Shown: positions 27,645 through 34,058 of the stretch, piece after piece
Layout: each line of letters opens with the position of its first letter
How positions within the stretch are numbered: the first letter of the stretch is position 1
Virus record (IMG/VR): IMGVR_UViG_2778261269_000005
Location: 1-37,915 of that record
Reading direction: 5' to 3' (one strand)
DNA: 37,915 nucleotides
Source: a virus
Taxonomy: Duplodnaviria; Heunggongvirae; Uroviricota; Caudoviricetes
Notes under the pieces: generated by a model
What the model was told of the DNA's origin: nothing
What the model saw: the letters and a program-made list of their open reading frames with translations, nothing else
Database searches by the model: none
Program-made: the position numbers and the translations under genes

Positions 27645-28064
27645 CTATATTCCCCAATAGAACGTTAGTATACGCTGCATAACTTCGCTTTCCCGGCACT
27701 CACGGCAAATCATGTTCTGACGCCTGTCGTAACGACGTATTTCTCCATCAGGTAATGACCAGATAAGGTCCGGATCAACCGCAGATGGTTTCTTCAGCTT
27801 TGCCCTTGAGAGCTTTTTACGGGCATTTTGCCAATCCTTACGCGCCTGTTCAGACGGGAATAACCCGTAACCAGAGTTGTATACATCGCCACTGGCAACC
27901 AGCTCTCTGGCCAGAACGCTCATCAGATATCTTGTTGCCCCAGTTTTAGCTTCCAGTTGTCGTAACGTCTCGCGTCCACTCTGGCGTACGAGTTCAACAA
28001 CCAGCCCTTTAATTTTTTCCCGCTCTTCCTGTGTAAATACTTTTGCCATAAGCGCCTCCGGCAA
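27645..28064 (-). CDS. hypothetical protein (replication/nin region)
   Basis: 139-aa ORF; ATGA-type junction with the upstream gene. Confidence 0.4.
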   Translation of the reverse strand: MPEALMAKVFTQEEREKIKGLVVELVRQSGRETLRQLEAKTGATRYLMSVLARELVASGDVYNSGYGLFPSEQARKDWQNARKKLSRAKLKKPSAVDPDLIWSLPDGEIRRYDRRQNMICRECRESEVMQRILTFYWGI

Positions 28065-28859
28065 TCACTTTTCCGATACAACACGGCGGGAAGAATCAGT
28101 AATCTGTCGAACAATATCCCGGTGCTTGTTCAGCTCCCGCAGCGCGGCGCAGACTCGCTCCCACTTCTGGACATGATTTTTCGCCCGACGCAGTTCACGG
28201 TTTGCCATATGCAGCGATGGTAAAATCAGGTTATCCGCTTGCGTTTCAGTAAACGATGGCAACGACTGCACAATGTCCCCCACAGTATCTGTTTTAATTT
28301 CTTCCTGTGTTGCCGCTTCCTGTACTGGTAACGCAACACCGGCTGGCTGAGAAAAGGCTTTACCAGGTGTTTTCGCTACCGATACAACTTTCGGCTCTGC
28401 TGGTAAATTTTCCCCGGTTTCTTTTACCAGCATCCACTTACACCCCTTCCCCTGTCCCAGCTTAATCGCCATGCCATCGCGGCAAAGCTTTTCCATCGCA
28501 GAAACCAGCGACCTGACGCAATCAGCACGCCCCACAGCAATTGCAATCTCAGCGGTGGTCATTGCCCCACCATGAACAAGTGTGGACAGGATGTCGCAGC
28601 GTTTCAGTGGCTCACGCTCTTTTCTGCTGACCACCGGATAGGATTTTCTTTCCACTTTACACACCGTTACTTTTTTTTCTTTCACGCCCGTTTGTCGTTC
28701 TGAAACAGACCAGTAACCATTAACCGACACAACTTCTCCCAGCTCTTCGTACTCCCTCAGCATTTTAATCGCCTCTGCAGGTTCAATGCCCAAACTGGCA
28801 GCAAGCTCGGTGCACGTCACCTTTTGCATCGCTTTTAACGTATCAATCAACGTTTCCAT
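28065..28859 (-). CDS. hypothetical protein with winged-helix-like segments, in the lambda P-equivalent position
   Basis: Start set at ATG 28859 (GGGAGA RBS); no Walker A motif seen, so probably not a DnaC-type loader. Confidence 0.45.
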   Translation of the reverse strand: METLIDTLKAMQKVTCTELAASLGIEPAEAIKMLREYEELGEVVSVNGYWSVSERQTGVKEKKVTVCKVERKSYPVVSRKEREPLKRCDILSTLVHGGAMTTAEIAIAVGRADCVRSLVSAMEKLCRDGMAIKLGQGKGCKWMLVKETGENLPAEPKVVSVAKTPGKAFSQPAGVALPVQEAATQEEIKTDTVGDIVQSLPSFTETQADNLILPSLHMANRELRRAKNHVQKWERVCAALRELNKHRDIVRQITDSSRRVVSEK

Positions 28860-28903
28860 CAAAATTTCTCCCGTTAAAATCATTTACCAATCTCAAACCA
28901 AAC

Positions 28904-29866
28904 TTATCCCCTGAACCCTGGCGGAATTTCGGTGTCCGGTTCAGAAATGTGATTCACACAACGCTGTACAGGCGAACGTCCCAGACGAATAACCAGCTCA
29001 TCCCATTTTTCGCGAAGCTTTGACGGGCTCATGACGTTTTTTACCCAGAATGGATCCCGTTGTACCCGACTGAACATTTCGCAAATTTGCCTGTGAGTTC
29101 TGCCATCCAGCATCCGCATTGTGCGCACGTCATTGGCCCATGCGGTCCAGTTGGGTTCTTTCGGTCGCGTAATCTCGCCATCATCGCTGGCAGCCTGTTC
29201 GTAAAGACTCACGATTCGCCACCAGATCCACTGCGCACACGTCAAATCTTCCTGAGTTCCCCACTGGCGTTTTTTCACACTGAACACAACCGCATCAGGA
29301 TGACGGGTTAAAAACGCCTGTTCAGCTGTCTTCTCGTCCGGTTGCGAAGTTTCCGGACAAGAAGATCTTTTATCTGACGGATCAGGTTTTAATACTGACG
29401 GATCGGGGCCAACCATCGCCCCCCTAACCGGCTGTTTTTTATCAACGGTTGATCCATCAGAATTTGACGGGTCAACCGTTGAGGGGTCAATATTTGACGG
29501 GTCAACGGTTAGCGGGTCATTTTTTGCCGGGTTAATTTTTCTTTTCGGTTTATATGCCTCACGCGCCGCCGCTGCTGCTGCTTCGAGTTTTTCCACATTA
29601 AGACGGTAGATATTGCTTTCATTACGCCCACCGACCTTACGTTCCTCCTTCGTCAGCCAGCCGTTCTTTTCCAGTTCAGCTATCGCAGCTTTAACCGTTG
29701 ATTCACTCTTTGCCCCAATCTGACGACGAATGGTCTCCACTGCAGGCCATGACACACCTTCGTCATTGCTGTAGTCTGCAAGGCGAGCCATTACTGCCAC
29801 TCTGGATAAGATCATGCCTGTGAAGGCACACCCTTCCCAGACAAGACCATGAAGCTTACTGCTCAT
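28904..29866 (-). CDS. replication initiator (lambda O-like; wHTH N-terminus, iteron-encoded repeats)
   Basis: 320-aa ORF; wHTH-like N-terminus (STVKAAIAELEKNGWLTKEER); internal VDPSNIDPSTVDPSNSDGSTVD repeats coincide with DNA iterons. Confidence 0.65.
   Translation of the reverse strand: MSSKLHGLVWEGCAFTGMILSRVAVMARLADYSNDEGVSWPAVETIRRQIGAKSESTVKAAIAELEKNGWLTKEERKVGGRNESNIYRLNVEKLEAAAAAAREAYKPKRKINPAKNDPLTVDPSNIDPSTVDPSNSDGSTVDKKQPVRGAMVGPDPSVLKPDPSDKRSSCPETSQPDEKTAEQAFLTRHPDAVVFSVKKRQWGTQEDLTCAQWIWWRIVSLYEQAASDDGEITRPKEPNWTAWANDVRTMRMLDGRTHRQICEMFSRVQRDPFWVKNVMSPSKLREKWDELVIRLGRSPVQRCVNHISEPDTEIPPGFRG
29466..29537. repeat. replication origin iterons (five GGGTCAA-type repeats at 15-bp spacing) plus adjacent AT-rich tract
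   Basis: GGGTCAA/GGGTCAT/GGGTTAA at 29469, 29484, 29499, 29514, 29529, followed by TTTTTGCCGGGTTAATTTTTCTTTTCGGTTTATAT. Confidence 0.6.
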
Positions 29867-29889
29867 AAAAAACCCCGAACACCGTGCTT

Positions 29890-30315
29890 TTAGTGCATCA
29901 CCACGGCATTTCCCGCCGGGCCACCACGATTCATCTGATTGAAGCCAGCGATCGCCACTGCGACAAAATCATCGGCGTCTCTCACCAGCCGTTCCCGCGA
30001 CTCCACCAGCTCCCGAAACCAGGCTGAACTGTGACTGCGCATTCGGGCCACCAGCAGAGGCGGCATTGCCTTTTCGATCGCAGGCAACAACGCCTGAATT
30101 TTTTTAACCGCATCAGGAGTGTCTTTCTCCACCCAGCGGAAAATTTTCTGGGTATTGCGAGCCAGGGCTTCTGGGTGTGAATCGTCATACAGTTCCGGAA
30201 ACGTCATACCCAGTTCAAAATAAGCCCGGGTTATTTCAGCTGCCGGAACTTTTTCGCCGTCCGGATGCGCCCAGGCATTCATCGCCATGCGGATGTGCTC
30301 ATGCTTGATTTTCAT
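29890..30315 (-). CDS. YdaT-like protein (CII-position early regulator)
   Basis: 141-aa ORF beginning MKIKHEHI, directly after the Cro-like gene (ATGA overlap). Confidence 0.5.
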   Translation of the reverse strand: MKIKHEHIRMAMNAWAHPDGEKVPAAEITRAYFELGMTFPELYDDSHPEALARNTQKIFRWVEKDTPDAVKKIQALLPAIEKAMPPLLVARMRSHSSAWFRELVESRERLVRDADDFVAVAIAGFNQMNRGGPAGNAVVMH

Positions 30316-30614
30316 GAATCAACTCCATCAGATAAGCATGCACTACAATCACCTTCAGCATGAACTACATGTGTTTGCCCCAAACGAATGCCGCTCGCAT
30401 ACTCAGGCCAAATAAGCTCCCAATCATGGGGTCGTAGCTCCGCCCTACTTACTTGGCCTTCCGTCGCAGATTCGATCATAAGGGCGCGGGTTGGAGATAT
30501 AGCTGCTCGTCCAGACGCCATTTGCGATAAGTAAGATGGCGATACACCAAGTCTGGCCGCGAATTTCTTAGCATCACCAACCCTCAATGATTTAATAAAC
30601 TCTTTTAATGTCAT
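30312..30614 (-). CDS. Cro-like HTH regulator (YdaS-type)
   Basis: 100-aa ORF; FAARLGVSPSYLSQMASGRAAISPTRA HTH; divergent from the repressor across an operator-rich intergenic region. Confidence 0.7.
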   Translation of the reverse strand: MTLKEFIKSLRVGDAKKFAARLGVSPSYLSQMASGRAAISPTRALMIESATEGQVSRAELRPHDWELIWPEYASGIRLGQTHVVHAEGDCSACLSDGVDS

Positions 30615-30620
30615 ACCTTC

Positions 30621-30705
30621 CTCGGTTTAGTGTTTTTTTCGAGTTTAGTGTTTAATAAACCATTAAGTCAAGTATTTGCTTATTTAGTGATTACTAAAGA
30701 TAATT
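30621..30705. promoter_or_regulatory. OR-like operator/promoter region between Cro-like gene and repressor
   Basis: GTTTAGTGTTT at 30625-30635 and 30643-30653, TATTTAGTGA at 30681-30690, TTAAGTCAAGTA at 30663-30674; TTGACT and TTGCTT-17-GATAAT promoter-like hexamers. Confidence 0.5.
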
Positions 30706-30710
30706 ACCAC

Positions 30711-31082
30711 ATGCAAAAAAAAGAAATTCGCCGTTTACGTCTCAAGGAGTGGTTTAAAGATAAAACTCTGCCACCCAAAGAGAAGAGCTACCTATCTCAA
30801 CTAATGAGTGGGAGGGCCTCGTTTGGAGAAAAGGCTGCCAGAAGAATAGAGCAAACATACGGGATGCCGGAAGGGTATCTGGATGCGGAATACGCAGAAC
30901 AACCGGAAGTTTCTCCACCACATGTAGGGTTAACGTCTAATCAACTGGAATTATTGCAGATTTTTTCAGCCTTCCCTGAGGATGAGCAACGCCAGATAAT
31001 CAGCGAGTTAAAGCAGAAAAAAGAATCAATGGAAGATCTCATAGCGAGATGGATTGCGGCGCAAAAATGCCGCCGCGCCTGA
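30711..31082 (+). CDS. prophage repressor, XRE-family HTH without S24 peptidase domain (CI analogue)
   Basis: Start set at ATG 30711 (123 aa): MQKKEIRRLRLKEWFKDKTLPPKEKSYLSQLMSGRASFGEKAARRIEQTYGMPEGYLD; almost no leader after the -10-like GATAAT. Confidence 0.65.
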   Translation: MQKKEIRRLRLKEWFKDKTLPPKEKSYLSQLMSGRASFGEKAARRIEQTYGMPEGYLDAEYAEQPEVSPPHVGLTSNQLELLQIFSAFPEDEQRQIISELKQKKESMEDLIARWIAAQKCRRA

Positions 31083-31102
31083 GTTATAAAACCGGAGGAA
31101 AC

Positions 31103-31294
31103 ATGAATAGAGCCCTTTCACCAATGGTTTCTGAATTTGAAACCATTGAACAAGAAAACAGTTACAACGAATGGCTGCGTGCGAAAGTAGCAACGAGCCT
31201 TGCAGATCCGCGCCCAGCAATTCCCCATGACGAAGTTGAGCGCAGAATGGCAGAACGCTTTGCTAAAATGCGCAAGGAACGGAGCAAGCAGTAA
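31103..31294 (+). CDS. putative type II antitoxin
   Basis: Start set at ATG 31103 (GGAGG RBS), 63 aa; stop 1 nt before the toxin start. Confidence 0.55.
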   Translation: MNRALSPMVSEFETIEQENSYNEWLRAKVATSLADPRPAIPHDEVERRMAERFAKMRKERSKQ

Positions 31295-31295
31295 A

Positions 31296-31574
31296 ATGTT
31301 ACCCGTGTTATGGCTTGAAAGCGCAGATACCGACCTAGATGATATAACTAGTTATATTGCTCGTTTCGACATAGATGCGGCTGAACGCTTATGGCAGCGA
31401 TTAAGGGGTTGTGTGCTGCCGTTATCCGAACATCCGTATTTATACCCACCAAGCGACAGAGTACCTGGCTTGCGTGAGATTGTAGCCCACCCTAACTATA
31501 TAATTCTATACCGCGTAACAACATCAAGCGTTGAAGTAGTAAACGTGATCCACACAAGACGCCAGTTTCCCTAA
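31296..31574 (+). CDS. RelE/ParE-superfamily toxin
   Basis: Start set at ATG 31296 (92 aa): ...LREIVAHPNYIILYRVTTSSVEVVNVIHTRRQFP is RelE/ParE-like. Confidence 0.65.
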   Translation: MLPVLWLESADTDLDDITSYIARFDIDAAERLWQRLRGCVLPLSEHPYLYPPSDRVPGLREIVAHPNYIILYRVTTSSVEVVNVIHTRRQFP

Positions 31575-31640
31575 CTTTCACTACCAATAGAAACATAACA
31601 ACCGCAACGACTTTATCAAAAGCGTTGTGTTTGTTACGCC

Positions 31641-31690
31641 CCATGGTTTAGTTTTTACTTGACTTAAGTTTAATGTTTATTAAACTAAAA
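31641..31690. promoter_or_regulatory. OL-like operator/pL-like promoter
   Basis: GGTTTAGTTTTT, ACTTGACTTAAG (inverse of the OR TTAAGTCAAGT) and TTTAATGTTTATTAAAC repeat the OR elements; TTGACT-16-TAAACT on the plus strand. Confidence 0.5.
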
Positions 31691-31865
31691 ATACCAACCC
31701 ACCCCGCCCCACAGAACGCAGGGCAATACTTCGAGTTACCATGCAGTGGTCAGGGGGTAAGTAGCCAGCCCGAGGCGTAAGAACATGACGGCAGGGTTCA
31801 ACTTTAATAACTATGCAGCAGGTTTTTGTTCCGCTACCCCGGCGTTAAGGGGAAATGAGGTCAGC

Positions 31866-32021
31866 ATGGATACTATCGATCTTGGCAACAACGAATCTCT
31901 GGTATACGGCGTGTTTCCCAACCAGGACGGAACGTTCACCGCCATGACGTATACCAAAAGCAAAACGTTTAAAACCGAAACTGGCGCGCGTCGCTGGCTG
32001 GAAAGAAATTCAGGTGGGTGA
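31866..32021 (+). CDS. ydfA: YdfA-like small protein
   Basis: Start set at ATG 31866 (GAGGT RBS): MDTIDLGNNESLVYGVFPNQDGTFTAMTYTKSKTFKTETGARRWLERNSGG, 51 aa. Confidence 0.7.
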   Translation: MDTIDLGNNESLVYGVFPNQDGTFTAMTYTKSKTFKTETGARRWLERNSGG

Positions 32022-32022
32022 T

Positions 32023-32151
32023 ATGGATTTCGACACAATCATGGAAAAGACTTACGAAGAATACTTCGAAGGCCTTGCCGAAGGCGAAGAAGCTCTCGGC
32101 TTCAGCGAATTTAAACAGGCGCTTTCCAGTTCGGCAAAATCTAACGGCTGA
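32023..32151 (+). CDS. ydfB: YdfB-like small protein
   Basis: Hand-translated 42-aa ORF MDFDTIMEKTYEEYFEGLAEGEEALGFSEFKQALSSSAKSNG; below the ORF-track cutoff. Confidence 0.65.
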   Translation: MDFDTIMEKTYEEYFEGLAEGEEALGFSEFKQALSSSAKSNG

Positions 32152-32180
32152 TAAGCGAAACAGCACCGCGAGGAATCAGT

Positions 32181-32399
32181 ATGCAGAAACGAGAACCCGT
32201 CATCATCGCGCCAGACTATACCGATGATAAACTTTATGAGTGGATGCGCCAGAAAATTAATGCAGCGCAGGATCTGAAATGGGCCAATGAAGCCAGGGCT
32301 AAGCAGGCTGAAAATCTGTCCGCTCTGGAGCAGGATATCACCAGGCTGGAAAAAGCAGCGGCATTAAGCATTGCCAGAATGGTTACATACCCACGTTAA
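32181..32399 (+). CDS. ydfC: YdfC-like protein
   Basis: 72-aa ORF MQKREPVIIAPDYTDDKLYEWMRQKINAAQDLKWANEARAKQAENL... Confidence 0.7.
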   Translation: MQKREPVIIAPDYTDDKLYEWMRQKINAAQDLKWANEARAKQAENLSALEQDITRLEKAAALSIARMVTYPR

Positions 32400-32421
32400 T
32401 AGCTAACCAACGAGGCTAATA

Positions 32422-32796
32422 ATGGAATTTAAAGATTTACCAATGCAATTCCAGGAAATGGCAGCGAATATAGTTCGTTCCCAACTGGCGACTCTTGACC
32501 TGAGTACCGTAGAAAAAGAAACCATCGATACTATATCCGGTAACGTGCGTCGTGCCTTTATCGGGCTGTACGAAGAGAAGCAGCTCTCTGATAACCAGGA
32601 TTTACATGAAAAATACTTCATGGAATTAATGGATATCATTGATAAGGGGTTTGGCTTGTTAATGAAAAAGAAATGGATTCGGATAGACCCCCTTAAGAAC
32701 CATTTTACTGAGTGCGGCATTAATCCCAGCGATTTAAACCATCCCGCCACAGATGGGAGTGTTACAGTTAGCCATGAAATTTCGATTAATCATTAA
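32422..32796 (+). CDS. hypothetical protein in AT-rich insertion
   Basis: 124-aa ORF with GAGG upstream; no family recognised; 3' end overlaps the convergent gene by 11 bp. Confidence 0.45.
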   Translation: MEFKDLPMQFQEMAANIVRSQLATLDLSTVEKETIDTISGNVRRAFIGLYEEKQLSDNQDLHEKYFMELMDIIDKGFGLLMKKKWIRIDPLKNHFTECGINPSDLNHPATDGSVTVSHEISINH

Positions 32797-33007
32797 AATC
32801 AATTGCACTTTCAATAAGTGATGCCATCTCATTGCATTTTGTTGAATTCATCTTACGCAATGAGTCACAAATTTCCGCTGGCTTTGATGACGCAGGCAAC
32901 TTAGCAGCAAGTAGCATAATTGCCGTTTTTATAGCAGTGAGTTCATCCGCAAGTCCAGCAGGAGAAACATCGTGGTTAAACTGGATATTTACATTTTTAC
33001 TAGTCAT
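32786..33007 (-). CDS. hypothetical protein, convergent partner in AT-rich insertion
   Basis: 73-aa ORF with strong AGGAGGG RBS 5 nt upstream of ATG 33007; no family recognised. Confidence 0.5.
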   Translation of the reverse strand: MTSKNVNIQFNHDVSPAGLADELTAIKTAIMLLAAKLPASSKPAEICDSLRKMNSTKCNEMASLIESAIDFND

Positions 33008-33338
33008 TTCACCCTCCTAAGGGTTGGTAATTAAGGAGTTCTCCACGGGTCAGGTGGAGTGCGTGCGCCGGACACGGGTGAGCATCCGGCACTGGCAGTT
33101 TACTGAAAGGATATATCCCTGAAAAGTCAGGGCATAACGCGGAAGCGCACGGCGAAGTTCGTCTCTATGTACGGCGTAGTTAAATTTAATTCGACCGTAC
33201 GCTTCCGGTTGTGGCAATACGCGAAATGGCGCGGCGGTAAGTATGGCGGTGTTATTCCTTCCCCGTTGAGGACACCGGGTTGTCAGGTTGACCATACGCT
33301 TAAGTGACAACTCCGCTGCAACGCCCTCTGTTATCAAT

Positions 33339-33396
33339 TTTCTGGTGACGTTTGGCGGTATCAGTTTTACTCCGTGGCTGCTCTGCCGCCCTTTTT
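33339..33396 (+). ncRNA. dicF: DicF small regulatory RNA
   Basis: TTTCTGGTGACGTTTGGCGGTATCAGTTTTACTCCGTGGCTGCTCTGCCGCCCTTTTT matches remembered DicF nearly base-for-base, with 3' hairpin and U-run, upstream of dicB. Confidence 0.85.
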
Positions 33397-33592
33397 AAAG
33401 TGAATTTTGTGATGTGGTGAATGCGGCTAAGCGCACGCGGAACAGTTAAAAGACCATTTGTTCTCCGTATCAATACTTATGGGTAGGTACTTGCAGGCGG
33501 GTCCCTGTATTCCGGCGTTAATTGTTAACTGGTTAACGTCACCTGGAGGCACCAGGCACCGCATCACAAAATTCATTGTTGAGGACGCGATA

Positions 33593-33781
33593 ATGGAAAC
33601 GTTATTACTCAATTCCACTACGCCTGAGACTCGTTTTGAAATTGGCGTTATCACTGGCGATAAAAACTTTATTGAGGATGCCATTAATCAGATAAAGCAT
33701 GAGCCAGATTCATCAAATGAGATATGCATTGCTTCAATGCTGGCCCGTTTACGCCCGACGCAAAAAGGATGCTGGCAATGA
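33593..33781 (+). CDS. dicB: cell division inhibitor DicB
   Basis: Start set at internal ATG 33593 (62 aa): METLLLNSTTPETRFEIGVITGDKNFIEDAINQIKHEPDSSNEICIASMLARLRPTQKGCWQ. Confidence 0.85.
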   Translation: METLLLNSTTPETRFEIGVITGDKNFIEDAINQIKHEPDSSNEICIASMLARLRPTQKGCWQ

Positions 33782-33981
33782 ATACCACATTTGCACTTGT
33801 TCTGACGGTTTTTCTTGTTTCCGGTGAAACAGTTGACATGGTTATTGGCGTATACAGCTCAATGAAAGAATGCATGGCTGCCGCAGATGAACAGAAAATT
33901 CCCGGTAACTGTTATCCGGTCGATAAAGTTATTCACCAGGATAATAACGAAATCCCGGCAGGACTTAAAACAGCGCCGTAA
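33778..33981 (+). CDS. ydfD: YdfD-like small membrane/lysis protein
   Basis: Start set at ATG 33778 (ATGA overlap with dicB stop): MNTTFALVLTVFLVSGETVDMVIGVYSSMKECMAAADEQKIPGNCYPVDKVIHQDNNEIPAGL... Confidence 0.7.
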   Translation: MNTTFALVLTVFLVSGETVDMVIGVYSSMKECMAAADEQKIPGNCYPVDKVIHQDNNEIPAGLKTAP

Positions 33982-34058
33982 TTGATATTCGGTTTCATTT
34001 TTATATGTCAGCAATGACAGGGATTTGTTCACCCTTAAATCTGTAATGAGGTTTATCA

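Noticed and set aside
33050-33337. 95-aa minus-strand ORF
   Set aside because: Sits in GC-rich DNA where chance ORFs are common, has no clear RBS, and its start would overlap the DicF 5' end; kept only as a remote possibility.
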